Positions 25,942 to 35,895 of a DNA stretch of 46,521 nt are shown piece after piece; within the stretch, counting starts at the first letter, position 1, and every line of letters starts with the position of its first letter. A program made the position numbers and the translations under genes. The stretch is from the sequence record SRR20825006_660; one strand, written 5' to 3'. The notes beneath the pieces are model-generated. The model was not told the origin of the DNA. It made no database searches and worked only from the letters and a program-made list of their open reading frames with translations.

Positions 25942-28900
25942 ATGCACAAACTTTTACTCGTTAATCGAGGGTCAAATGCCGCAAGTGGTTACACTCCAAC
26001 AACGCGAAGCGCGCACAATGCATTTCGCAGTGTATCTTGTTTGCTTGGTTTATTTTGCTCCTTGTTCTTTCTTTCATCAACCAATATTCAAGCACAGGAG
26101 GTTGATGAGTCCCTTTATGAAGCTTTAGAATATCGTCTTATAGGTCCGTTTAGAGGCGGTCGTAGTGCGGCGGTGACCGGCGTTCCGGGCAAACCCAACT
26201 TATTCTATTTTGGAGCTACCGGTGGTGGCGTATGGCGTACCAAAGATGGTGGTCGTTCTTGGGACAATATTTCTGATGGTTATTTCGGCGGAAGTATAGG
26301 CGCGGTGGAAATTGCTCCTAGCGATCACAATATCATTTATGTGGGTGGTGGTGAAAACACGCTGCGCGGAAATGTTTCTTCCGGTTATGGAATGTGGAAA
26401 TCTACAGATGCCGGTAAAACCTGGGAAAAAGCTGGCTTGCCTAAAAGCCGACACGTTTCAAAAATACGGATACATCCTACCAATCCAGATATCGTTTATG
26501 CTGCGGTTTTGGGAGATATTTATAAACCTACGCAAGAGCGTGGAGTTTACAAATCTACAGATGGTGGCGCCAATTGGGAGCGCGTACTTTTTGCTACCGA
26601 AGATGCCGGTGCGGTTGACTTGACATTCGACCCAAATAATCCGCGTGTTTTATACGCTTCGACCTGGCATTCGCGCAGAACGCCATACAGTTTTATCAGT
26701 GGTGGTGAAGGTTCAGCCTTATGGAAATCTACCGATAGCGGTAAAACATGGAAAGAAATTTCAAAAAACGACGGATTCCCAACAGATACTTTAGGAATCA
26801 TTGGAGTTGCGGTTTCGCCTGTAAATTCTGAACGTGTTTTTGCGATGGTTGAAAATAAAGATAAAGGTGGTTTATACCGAAGCGAAGACGGCGGTATCAG
26901 CTGGAAACTCATCAACGACGATCGCAACTTAAGACAGCGCGCGTGGTATTATACTAAAGTGTATGCAGATACTCAAGATGAAGATGTTGTGTATGTGCTT
27001 AATGTAAGCTACCATAAAAGTACGGATGGCGGTAAAACTTTTGAAAGCAATAATGCTCCGCACGGCGATCATCACGATCTTTGGATCGCTCCAGAAAATC
27101 CTATGCGTATGGTAATGGGAGACGATGGAGGCGCTCAGATCACTTATGACGGTGGAGAAACCTGGAGTACTTACGGCAATCAGCCTACTGCGCAGTTTTA
27201 TAGATTAGCAACAGACAATCAGTTTCCGTATCGTATTTATGCGGCGCAGCAAGATAACTCTACGGTGCGCATTCCGCATAGAACAGATGGCTACAGCATT
27301 ACCGAAGAAGATTGGGAAAGCACTGCCGGTGGCGAAAGCGCGCATATTGCGGTAGACCCAGAAAATCCAAATATCGTTTATGGCGGAAGCTACGACGGTT
27401 TCTTAACCAGAGTGAATCACGAGAACAATTCGGTGCGTTCAGTTTCGGTTTGGCCAGATAACCCAATGGGCCACGGAGTAGAAGATATGAAGTACCGTTT
27501 TCAGTGGAATTTTCCCATTATGTTCTCCCGACACAATCCAGATGTGTTGTACACCTTCAGTAATCACGTGCATAAAACCACAAACGAAGGCCAAAGTTGG
27601 GAAGTGATCAGCCCAGACCTTACCACTGATGATAAGTCAAAACAAGGTTCTTCCGGAGGGCCGATTACGCAAGACAATACTTCCGTAGAATATTACTGTA
27701 CCATTTTTGCTGCTAATGAAAGTCCGTTGAAAGAAGGCTTGCTCTGGACGGGTAGCGACGACGGTTTGGTTTATGTGTCGCGCGACGGCGGTGAAAACTG
27801 GGAGAATGTGACGCCAAAAGGAATGCCCCAGTGGATGATGATCAACAGCATTGAGCCGAGCTATTTTGATGAAGGTACCTGCTACATCGCCGGAACCAAA
27901 TATAAAACCGGTGATTTTGCACCATATTTATACAAGACCACAGATTACGGTAAAAGCTGGGAAAAGATCACTGACGGAATCGAAGCAGAACACTTTACGC
28001 GTGTCGTACGGGAAGACCCTGAAAAAGAAGGTTTATTGTATGCAGGTACCGAAACCGGAATGTACATTTCGTTTGACGCCGGTGAAAACTGGAAACCATT
28101 TCAGCTGAACTTGCCTATTGTTCCCATCACTGATTTGGCGCTTAAGGAGAACAATTTGATCGTAGCGACACAAGGGCGCAGCCTTTATATTATTGATGAT
28201 TTAAGTATGTTGCATCAGGCGATCGAAGCAGAAGATACCGATGCGGTGCATTTGTACAAGCCAAAAGACACTTATAGAATGGACGGTGGTAGCCGTAAAT
28301 CAAATTCGGCGGGGACCAATCACCCAAGCGGCGTGATGACCTATTTCTACCTTCCGGAATATGATGCTGAAAAAGACAGCATTGCGTTGACGTATTTTGA
28401 CGCTAAAAACGATACGATCAAATCGTACAGCAGTAAAGGAAGTGACGATAAATTAAAAGTCAAAGAAGGTGCGAATCAGTTTAACTGGGATATGACCTAT
28501 GACGGTGCAGAGCGGCTACCGGGAATGATCTTATGGTGGGCGAGTACGCAGGGGCCACAGCAAATCCCTGGTGAATACACTGTAAAATTGAACGTAAACG
28601 GAACCAATTATGCGCAACCCTACACCGTTCTGGCAGATCCACGTTCTGAAGCGACTGTTGCAGACATGCAGGCGCAATTTGATTTTATTTCAGATGTAAA
28701 TGAGACTGTAGATCACGCGCACCAGAGCATCAAAAAGATCAGAAATATTAACACGCAGTTGAGTGCTTTTGAAAAGCAGTACAAAGACAATCCCGATACT
28801 GAAGAACTTCGGGAAAAGTCCAAAACCCTGCGGGAAGATCTTGAGGAAATTGAAAAAGCGCTGTATCAAACCAAAAACCGAAGTGGGCAGGATCCGCTTA

Positions 28901-29124
28901 ACTTTCCGATCAAGTTGACCAATAAATTGGCGCATTTGAATTCATTAGTGAGCATGGGAGATTTTGCGCCTACAGATCAGGATGTCGCGGTGAAAAATGA
29001 ACTAACGGCTAAAATAGATGCGGAATTAGACAAGTTTGATACGCTGGTAAACGATGAGGTTGCCGCGTTTAACAAAGAATTCAATGCGATGCAGCTCAAT
29101 TATCTGTTTGTAGCAGAAGAATAG
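25942..29124 (+). CDS. VPS10/BNR-repeat beta-propeller protein (glycosyl hydrolase-like)
   Basis: IGPFRGGRS, many SxDGGxxW Asp-box repeats, PHGDHHDLWI, coiled-coil C-terminus. Confidence 0.88.
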   Translation: MHKLLLVNRGSNAASGYTPTTRSAHNAFRSVSCLLGLFCSLFFLSSTNIQAQEVDESLYEALEYRLIGPFRGGRSAAVTGVPGKPNLFYFGATGGGVWRTKDGGRSWDNISDGYFGGSIGAVEIAPSDHNIIYVGGGENTLRGNVSSGYGMWKSTDAGKTWEKAGLPKSRHVSKIRIHPTNPDIVYAAVLGDIYKPTQERGVYKSTDGGANWERVLFATEDAGAVDLTFDPNNPRVLYASTWHSRRTPYSFISGGEGSALWKSTDSGKTWKEISKNDGFPTDTLGIIGVAVSPVNSERVFAMVENKDKGGLYRSEDGGISWKLINDDRNLRQRAWYYTKVYADTQDEDVVYVLNVSYHKSTDGGKTFESNNAPHGDHHDLWIAPENPMRMVMGDDGGAQITYDGGETWSTYGNQPTAQFYRLATDNQFPYRIYAAQQDNSTVRIPHRTDGYSITEEDWESTAGGESAHIAVDPENPNIVYGGSYDGFLTRVNHENNSVRSVSVWPDNPMGHGVEDMKYRFQWNFPIMFSRHNPDVLYTFSNHVHKTTNEGQSWEVISPDLTTDDKSKQGSSGGPITQDNTSVEYYCTIFAANESPLKEGLLWTGSDDGLVYVSRDGGENWENVTPKGMPQWMMINSIEPSYFDEGTCYIAGTKYKTGDFAPYLYKTTDYGKSWEKITDGIEAEHFTRVVREDPEKEGLLYAGTETGMYISFDAGENWKPFQLNLPIVPITDLALKENNLIVATQGRSLYIIDDLSMLHQAIEAEDTDAVHLYKPKDTYRMDGGSRKSNSAGTNHPSGVMTYFYLPEYDAEKDSIALTYFDAKNDTIKSYSSKGSDDKLKVKEGANQFNWDMTYDGAERLPGMILWWASTQGPQQIPGEYTVKLNVNGTNYAQPYTVLADPRSEATVADMQAQFDFISDVNETVDHAHQSIKKIRNINTQLSAFEKQYKDNPDTEELREKSKTLREDLEEIEKALYQTKNRSGQDPLNFPIKLTNKLAHLNSLVSMGDFAPTDQDVAVKNELTAKIDAELDKFDTLVNDEVAAFNKEFNAMQLNYLFVAEE

Positions 29125-29151
29125 ATAAAGCGCTTCAATATAATAGAAATT

Positions 29152-29195
29152 AAAAAACGATTCTCGCCTTTCGCTTAGGCGACGAATCGTTTTTT
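29152..29195. terminator. Long hairpin terminator after the VPS10 gene
   Basis: AAAAAACGATTC-TCGCCT-loop-AGGCGA-c-GAATCGTTTTTT. Confidence 0.8.
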
Positions 29196-29219
29196 ATTAT
29201 TTCGGGTTACCTTTGACTT

Positions 29220-29768
29220 ATGGAATACTACAACTACTTTAAATCGCTGCACCTCATATTTATCGTGACGTGGTTTGCGGGCTTATTCTATGCGCCACGC
29301 TTGTTTATGTATCAGATTGAAGCTTCCCAAAAACCCGAACCAGACCGAAGCATTCTGGGCGATCAGTTGGCTTTGATGACTAAACGTCTTTGGAAGATCA
29401 TCACCTGGCCTTCTATGATTTTAGCTAGCCTTTTTGCATTTGTGATGTTGCATTTTAATCCGGGGCTTTTGTATGCACCTTGGATGCAAATTAAATTAGC
29501 ATTTGTCGTGTTGTTGTATGCCTATCACTTCAAAAGTCATCAAATATTTAAGCAACTGCAACGCGGTGAGATAAATTATACGACCAGATATATGCGCATC
29601 TGGAATGAGGGCCCAACCTTAATTCTATTTGCGGTGATCTTTTTGGTAATTACTAAAAGTGCTACCAACTGGATTTGGGGATTAGCCGGTTTAATCTGTC
29701 TAGCAGTGCTTTTAATGTTGGGAATTAAACTTTATAAAAGCATTCGCGAAAAAAATCCTAATGCCTAA
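29220..29768 (+). CDS. hemJ: Protoporphyrinogen IX oxidase HemJ
   Basis: KSLHLIFIVTWFAGLFY.PRLF, ITWP, W..IKL, RIWNEGPT; heme-cluster context. Confidence 0.88.
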   Translation: MEYYNYFKSLHLIFIVTWFAGLFYAPRLFMYQIEASQKPEPDRSILGDQLALMTKRLWKIITWPSMILASLFAFVMLHFNPGLLYAPWMQIKLAFVVLLYAYHFKSHQIFKQLQRGEINYTTRYMRIWNEGPTLILFAVIFLVITKSATNWIWGLAGLICLAVLLMLGIKLYKSIREKNPNA

Positions 29769-29796
29769 CGGCGCGATTTTTGATAACTAGTTTTCG

Positions 29797-31260
29797 ATGA
29801 AATTTAATAAGCTTTCTTTACGCCTGCGTATCTTTTTTGGGATGGTGTTGCTCATTTTAGGAGCTTCTATTCTCATCGGGATCATCAGCGTGGTTCAGTA
29901 TAAAGAGGAAGCAAAAGAGTATCATCGCGACCGTTTATTGCGTAAGGAAGATCAGATACGCGCAGAGATCGATTATGTACTGGACCAGACCACTTATGAG
30001 GTTATCTCTAAGAACATTCCGTTTATTTTAAAGTATAACAATGATATTTACCGCATTGCAGATGTTCACGAACTGCCTATAAATATCTATGATCTTAACG
30101 GAAAACTGCTTGTCAAATCTAAAGAAACTTTTACCGAAGACACTCTGGAAACCAGCTTGAATCCTTCGGTTTTAGAAGGACTCGCCAACACGCCCACAAA
30201 ACGATGGATCGTACAATCTGAGATCGATGGCGTAAAATACCAATCTTCCTATACCTATATCAACGATAACAAATTCAAGCCGCTGGCAATAATGAATTTG
30301 CCCTACATTCAGGATGATGATTTTATCACGCGCGAACTTGACGAATTCTTACGTAGACTGGCAGAAGGGTATTTATTTATGTTGCTCATTGCGACGGTAC
30401 TCTCTTATTTTTTATCTCGCTATATAACTTCCAGCTTAAAAACCATAAGCGATAAGATGATCCAGACGCGGCTTGATAAACGTAACCAGCGTATTGAGAT
30501 CGATGATGCCAGCGAAGAGATTAGCAACCTGGTGCGCTCGTATAATGGAATGATCGACGAACTTGAAAACAGTGCGGCAAAATTGGCACAAAGTGAGCGA
30601 GAAGCGGCCTGGCGTGAGATGGCAAAACAGGTGGCGCACGAGATCAAAAATCCGTTGACACCAATGCGTCTTACCGTACAGAGTTTTCAAATGCGTTTTG
30701 ATCCCAACGATCCGGACATTCATAAAAAGTTAGATGAATACAGTAAAACCTTGATTCAGCAGATAGATACGATGAGTTCGATTGCTGAAGCGTTTTCCAA
30801 TTTTGCTAAAATGCCGGCGCAGCAAAACGAGACGCTAAATGTGGTTTTCGTGACCAAATTGGCACTGGATATTTTTACAGAACATTACCTTACTTTTGGC
30901 ACCGATGCTGACGAGATCACGGTAAAATTAGACCGCACCCAACTCATACGGGTAATCACCAATCTGGTTAAAAATGCAATTCAGGCGACAGAAGGGGTTG
31001 AGGATCCTAAGATTCGTGTGGAGATCAAAAGTGATGAAGACCAGGTTTGTATTTTGGTTTGTGACAATGGTCACGGAATTCCGGAAGAAAATATCGAAAA
31101 GGTCTTTGAGCCAAAATTCACCACCAAGTCAAGCGGAATGGGGCTTGGGCTAGCAATGGTTAAAAATATTGTGGAAACCTATAACGGAACCATTACCTTT
31201 ACTTCTAAGGAAGATCGAGGCACTGTTTTTAAAGTGACCTTCCCTAAAGCTGAAGCTTAA
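29797..31260 (+). CDS. Membrane sensor histidine kinase (NtrY-like HisKA/HATPase)
   Basis: Two TM helices, HAMP, AWREMAKQVAHEIKNPLTP, NLVKNA, DNGHG, FTTK..GMGLGL. Confidence 0.93.
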   Translation: MKFNKLSLRLRIFFGMVLLILGASILIGIISVVQYKEEAKEYHRDRLLRKEDQIRAEIDYVLDQTTYEVISKNIPFILKYNNDIYRIADVHELPINIYDLNGKLLVKSKETFTEDTLETSLNPSVLEGLANTPTKRWIVQSEIDGVKYQSSYTYINDNKFKPLAIMNLPYIQDDDFITRELDEFLRRLAEGYLFMLLIATVLSYFLSRYITSSLKTISDKMIQTRLDKRNQRIEIDDASEEISNLVRSYNGMIDELENSAAKLAQSEREAAWREMAKQVAHEIKNPLTPMRLTVQSFQMRFDPNDPDIHKKLDEYSKTLIQQIDTMSSIAEAFSNFAKMPAQQNETLNVVFVTKLALDIFTEHYLTFGTDADEITVKLDRTQLIRVITNLVKNAIQATEGVEDPKIRVEIKSDEDQVCILVCDNGHGIPEENIEKVFEPKFTTKSSGMGLGLAMVKNIVETYNGTITFTSKEDRGTVFKVTFPKAEA

Positions 31261-31290
31261 TTTCCGCGCTGCGGAGCAAAAATATTGACT

Positions 31291-32073
31291 ATGAATTTTG
31301 AGAATCTCATCTATGAGGTTGATGATCAATTGGCGATCATCACCATAAACCGACCTAAAAAATTAAACGCACTCAATAAAGAAACCATTCAAGAACTGCA
31401 CGACGCATTTGCTGAAGCTGATGCCGATGAAGACATTGGGGTGATCATCTTAACCGGAAGCGGCGAGAAAGCTTTTGTGGCCGGTGCAGACATCAGCGAA
31501 TTTGCTGATTTTGAAGAGGAAGAAGGCGCTTTGCTGGCGCGAAAGGGCCAAAAAATACTTTTCGATTTTATTGAAAATCTAAGCACACCGGTCATTGCGG
31601 CGATTAACGGTTTTGCTTTGGGTGGCGGCCTCGAACTCGCGATGGCAGCACACATACGTATTGCGAGTCACAACGCGCGCATGGGCTTGCCGGAAACTTC
31701 GCTGGGCTTGATTCCCGGGTATGGCGGCACGCAGCGATTGCCGCAGTTGGTAGGCAAAGGCCGCGCTTTTGAAATGATTATGACTGCCGGAATGATCGAT
31801 GCCGATCAAGCTTTTCAATCGGGCTTAGTGAATCACGTGACTTCGCAAGAAGAGTTGATGGCACTTGCCGAAAAAATTGCGGGTAAGATCTTAAACAATA
31901 GCGGTGTTGCCATTGCCACCGCGATACAAGCGGTAAATGCCGGTTTTAAACCCGGAGTAAACGGTTACGACGCCGAGATTGAAGGTTTTGGTGCCTCTTT
32001 CGCCACTGAAGATTTTAAAGAAGGAACCACCGCATTCTTAGAAAAACGCAAACCGGAGTTTCCGGGGAAGTAA
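31291..32073 (+). CDS. Enoyl-CoA hydratase/isomerase (crotonase family)
   Basis: NRPKKLNAL, AFVAGADI, ALGGGLELA, PETSLGLIPGYGGTQRL. Confidence 0.93.
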   Translation: MNFENLIYEVDDQLAIITINRPKKLNALNKETIQELHDAFAEADADEDIGVIILTGSGEKAFVAGADISEFADFEEEEGALLARKGQKILFDFIENLSTPVIAAINGFALGGGLELAMAAHIRIASHNARMGLPETSLGLIPGYGGTQRLPQLVGKGRAFEMIMTAGMIDADQAFQSGLVNHVTSQEELMALAEKIAGKILNNSGVAIATAIQAVNAGFKPGVNGYDAEIEGFGASFATEDFKEGTTAFLEKRKPEFPGK

Positions 32074-32095
32074 AAGGCGCTGCCTTAGAGAATTT

Positions 32096-32121
32096 AAAAA
32101 CCCGCTTTTCAGCGGGTTTTT
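32096..32121 (+). terminator. Intrinsic terminator
   Basis: AAAAACCCGCT-tttc-AGCGGGTTTTT. Confidence 0.88.
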
Positions 32122-32236
32122 GTTTACTTAATTGTTTTGTTCATAACATATTTAAATTAACCTTATGATCTGATTATTAACTTGGTGTTCGATTATATTT
32201 GTTTGGCGTATTAGTTTAGCAAAAATTTAGATTAGA

Positions 32237-32791
32237 ATGAAAAGTATTACCTGCATCTTATTTCTTTTTTCCTTAATCTCTTATTCACAAAATGAAGACC
32301 AGCTTATAGAGGATAACTGCAATTGTGTGAAAACAATTGAAAAAAACATTTCATTAGAACAAAAGAGAAAGCTAATAATGGACTGTAGTTTGAATGCTTT
32401 TAAGGAAAATAGATTATATACTGAAAAAGTTGTGAAGGAATTCACAGGTAAAAATTCTGTAAATGGATATGATGTTTTCAATTATCTACAGGAAGTTTTT
32501 GACTATACAATGACTAATAATTGCTCTGAATATAAAGATTTGATGGCAGAAATATTAGGAGCAACCTCAATTAATCCAACTGTCAAAGAAATCGGCCTAA
32601 AAGTTTGTTCAGAATTAAGTCAAGATTTCTCAGAAGAAGAAGCAAATACAATTATTGAAAAGCTTACAAAAGAAAAAGGGCAAAAGTTAATCAAGCTATA
32701 TGGGCCAAATTTCAAAGAGAATTATAAAAATGAGTTGAACTTATTTCTTTTTTATAATTGTGAGGTTTATAGACTTAATACTAATAAGTAA
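32237..32791 (+). CDS. Hypothetical exported protein, AT-rich
   Basis: Signal peptide (…SYSQ), CxC and spaced Cys residues; strongly A/T-ending codons. Confidence 0.75.
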   Translation: MKSITCILFLFSLISYSQNEDQLIEDNCNCVKTIEKNISLEQKRKLIMDCSLNAFKENRLYTEKVVKEFTGKNSVNGYDVFNYLQEVFDYTMTNNCSEYKDLMAEILGATSINPTVKEIGLKVCSELSQDFSEEEANTIIEKLTKEKGQKLIKLYGPNFKENYKNELNLFLFYNCEVYRLNTNK

Positions 32792-32794
32792 TAA

Positions 32795-32902
32795 AGAAAA
32801 TCCGATTCTGAAAACCCAAAATTTGAGTATCACGTTTTAGCTGATGCAATTGTTTGGGAAGATGAAGGAATTGAAAAGTGCAATCCTAAATTGCAAAATT
32901 GA
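32795..32902 (+). pseudogene. Possible start-less gene fragment
   Basis: 35 open codons RKSDSENPKFEYHVLADAIVWEDEGIEKCNPKLQN* in AT-rich DNA with no start codon. Confidence 0.3.
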
Positions 32903-32948
32903 GAAGATTAAATAATATTTTAATTCTTTAATTTAAAAATAAACCACT

Positions 32949-33536
32949 TTGAAGAAAATTACGTTATTCATACTTTTATTTGTCAATTTATGCACTGCTC
33001 AAAGCAAGGATAATCTAGAGTTTGGGATTATCACCGCATTGTCTATCAGTAATGTTTCTGATAGTTATAATCAAAGGACTAAGTCATTGGTCGAATATAG
33101 TGGTGGAGCTTTTGGAAACTATTATTTGAGCGACCAATGGAGCTTAAAATTAAAAGCTATCTATGAGAGAAAGGGTTATGCAGAGGGATTATATGAAAAT
33201 AGAGAAACCGATGTTGCTTTTAATATGATATCGGTCCCTGTCACCGCTAATTTCTATTTTGGAAATAATAACAATTGGTATATTAATTTAGGACCATACA
33301 TAGGCTTTATGATTGCTGCCAAAGCAACTTCTTTCAACGTTGACGTAACGAGATTATTTAATTCTACTGATTTCGGAATTGCTGGAGGTATTGGCTACAA
33401 ACTTCCTATTGGAGAAAACCTAGATGTATTTGCAGAAATTGATAATCAAACTGGTTTATCAGATATTCTCATTGACAATCCTGGCTCTGCTGTTAGAAAC
33501 AACAGGCTCAGCTTTAATCTTGGAATTATCTTCTAA
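32949..33536 (+). CDS. Outer-membrane beta-barrel (porin/PorT-like family) protein
   Basis: Signal peptide, YERKGY, ISVPV, GPYIGF, DFGIAGGIGY, C-terminal F. Confidence 0.82.
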   Translation: MKKITLFILLFVNLCTAQSKDNLEFGIITALSISNVSDSYNQRTKSLVEYSGGAFGNYYLSDQWSLKLKAIYERKGYAEGLYENRETDVAFNMISVPVTANFYFGNNNNWYINLGPYIGFMIAAKATSFNVDVTRLFNSTDFGIAGGIGYKLPIGENLDVFAEIDNQTGLSDILIDNPGSAVRNNRLSFNLGIIF

Positions 33537-33593
33537 ATTTATAAAACGTAAAACTCATGATTTAACCGAACAAATTTCAATGGTAAATAAATA

Positions 33594-33613
33594 GGAAATA
33601 TTCCATATATTTG
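33594..33613 (+). promoter_or_regulatory. Bacteroidota SOS box abutting a -7 promoter element
   Basis: GGA-aatat-TCC (33594-33604) followed by TATATTTG (33606-33613). Confidence 0.7.
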
Positions 33614-33629
33614 TAATAAATCCTATTTT

Positions 33630-34706
33630 ATGCAAGCCGAAGGAGAACACTTAAAAGGGCGTGGTGCACAGCGTCATATCGCTAATAGATTTGATGCAAA
33701 CAGTCACGAGCTGCGAGATGATTTTCTCAATTACTGCGCGCAAGAAGGGGATGAGCCTCAAAATCTGAAAACTCTTTTTATAGACACCTTCCCAAAAACC
33801 ATCGTCAATAAAGTAGAAAGCCCAGATGTGGGAATGGGTTATTCTTTAAATCCATATCAGGGTTGTGAGCACGGTTGTGTGTATTGTTATGCGCGTAATT
33901 CGCACGAATATTGGGGCTACGATGCAGGCTTGGATTTTGAGAGCCGCATTCTCGTAAAACGCAACGCGGTGCGTCTGCTCGAAAAACACCTGGCTAAAAA
34001 ATCCTGGCAAGCGTCGCCCATTGTCCTTTCAGGAAATACCGATTGTTACCAGCCTGCAGAAAAGCAATTTAAGATTACCAGAAAATTGCTTGAGACCTTT
34101 CTCAATTATCGGCACCCGGTGGCGATCATTACTAAAAATGCGTTGATTCAGCGGGATTTAGACATCATTAAAGAGTTGGCTTCTTACAACCTGATTCAGG
34201 TCAATATGTCGATCACTACTTTAGAAGAAAAAACGCGTCGCTTGTTAGAGCCGCGAACTGCTAGCATCAAAAAACGCCTGGAAACGGTTAAAAAACTCGC
34301 AGAAGTTGGGGTTCCAGTAAATGTGATTACCGCGCCCATCATTCCGGGAATCAACAGCCATGAGGTGTTGCCTTTGATCAAAGCCGCGGCAGATCACGGA
34401 GCAAAATCGGTAGGATATACCGTGGTGCGTTTGAATGGTGCGATAGGAAAGATCTTTGAGCAGTGGCTAAAAACGGCGATGCCAGACCGCGCTGATAAAG
34501 TGCTTAACCAGATCGCTGCGTGTCACGAGGGCAACTTGAACGATTCGCAATTTGGTCGCCGTATGCGTGGCAGCGGTGAGTTTGCGAAGCAAATCGCTGC
34601 GCAGATGGAGCTCGGCAGAAAGAAATATCTCAAAGGCCGCAGTATCGCTCCTCTCAATTGCGAACTCTTTGAGCAATATCGCCCTGGACAACTCTCGCTA
34701 TTTTAG
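33630..34706 (+). CDS. PA0069-family radical SAM protein
   Basis: KGRGA N-terminus, NPYQGCEHGCVYCYAR (CxxxCxxC), GNTDCYQP, LEPRT, FGRRMRG, C-terminal QLSLF. Confidence 0.92.
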   Translation: MQAEGEHLKGRGAQRHIANRFDANSHELRDDFLNYCAQEGDEPQNLKTLFIDTFPKTIVNKVESPDVGMGYSLNPYQGCEHGCVYCYARNSHEYWGYDAGLDFESRILVKRNAVRLLEKHLAKKSWQASPIVLSGNTDCYQPAEKQFKITRKLLETFLNYRHPVAIITKNALIQRDLDIIKELASYNLIQVNMSITTLEEKTRRLLEPRTASIKKRLETVKKLAEVGVPVNVITAPIIPGINSHEVLPLIKAAADHGAKSVGYTVVRLNGAIGKIFEQWLKTAMPDRADKVLNQIAACHEGNLNDSQFGRRMRGSGEFAKQIAAQMELGRKKYLKGRSIAPLNCELFEQYRPGQLSLF

Positions 34707-34742
34707 CGCAATTGGCACAGTTTCTGATTATTATCAGAAGCT

Positions 34743-35873
34743 ATGAAAAATCATTTATTAAAATTTATTGGAGTCGTTTTAGTGCTCCTCTGTTTTTCCT
34801 GCGGAAAGCTTACCGAAGTGACCGATGTGATCACGCAGCCTACTGCACGAGAAGTTTATGCGCGTAATTTTGAGGCAGATTCGTTGCCGTATCACCTGTG
34901 GACGAATGCTTTTCAAAATGCGCTGAACGATAGTTTGCAAATTACTTCTCCCTATCAGGAAACCGGAATGTTCAATTCGGAGATTCATCCGGTGTATGCT
35001 TATGATCTTGATCTGGAACGCGGCCGCAGCTATGCCTTCAGTATTCAAACAGACACGCTTCAACCGAAGGTTTTTATTGACCTCTACGAAAAAACTTCAG
35101 ACAGTATCCGGCCGTATAAATTGGTACAGCAAGCCGATGATAAGGCTAGCACTTTAGATTTTTCACCTAAAAATTCAGGAATTTATAAAGTGCTTTTTCA
35201 GCCGGAATTGAACACGAGCTCAAGTTTTGCAATTCGTATTCAGAGCAAGCCTTCATATTATTTTCCGGTAAGTGGCGCTTCAGCAAAATCCATTCAGAGC
35301 TTTTGGGGAGCAGCGCGCGATGGCGGCAAACGCAGTCACGAGGGTGTAGATATTTTTGCCAAGCGCGGTACGCCGGTCGTTGCGAGTGTTGACGGCTATA
35401 TAAGCAGAACCGGAAATCGCGGTTTGGGCGGGAAGCAGGTTTGGTTGCGTGAGGGGTTGTTTGGCAACAGCCTGTACTATGCGCATTTGGATAGCATTAT
35501 CGCGACCAGCGGCCAACGTGTAAAAGTGGGGGACACTTTGGGGCTCGTGGGCAACACAGGAAACGCACGTACCACTCCGCCACATTTACATTTTGGCGTG
35601 TACAGCCGCGGAGCGATCAATCCGTTGCCGTTTGTAAAAGAAGAGCCGGAGTTACCGGCCCTTAATACTTCAACTGAATTTTATAAAACTTATGCGATCA
35701 AAACTGCACAAGCTAATTTGAGAAGTAGCGCTTCGGCGAAATCACAAAAAATTGGTTCGCTTTCGCGAAAAGATACTGTGCATTTATTAGGCAAAAGTGC
35801 CGATTGGCTCCACGTTGAAACGTCTACTGCCCAGCGTGCTTTTGTGCATCAGAGTTTAGTAAAAGCTTTGTAA
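34743..35873 (+). CDS. M23 metallopeptidase lipoprotein with C-terminal SH3b-like domain
   Basis: Lipobox CFSC; HEGVD, YYAHL, GNTG, HLHF; ANLRS…W tail. Confidence 0.9.
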   Translation: MKNHLLKFIGVVLVLLCFSCGKLTEVTDVITQPTAREVYARNFEADSLPYHLWTNAFQNALNDSLQITSPYQETGMFNSEIHPVYAYDLDLERGRSYAFSIQTDTLQPKVFIDLYEKTSDSIRPYKLVQQADDKASTLDFSPKNSGIYKVLFQPELNTSSSFAIRIQSKPSYYFPVSGASAKSIQSFWGAARDGGKRSHEGVDIFAKRGTPVVASVDGYISRTGNRGLGGKQVWLREGLFGNSLYYAHLDSIIATSGQRVKVGDTLGLVGNTGNARTTPPHLHFGVYSRGAINPLPFVKEEPELPALNTSTEFYKTYAIKTAQANLRSSASAKSQKIGSLSRKDTVHLLGKSADWLHVETSTAQRAFVHQSLVKAL

Positions 35874-35895
35874 TTTTCTGATACTACGAGATTGT

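Noticed and set aside
25942-28260. Recurring GGnnnnnnTGG-like DNA motifs as a possible repeat array
   Set aside because: Explained by protein-level BNR/Asp-box repeats; irregular spacing, not CRISPR.
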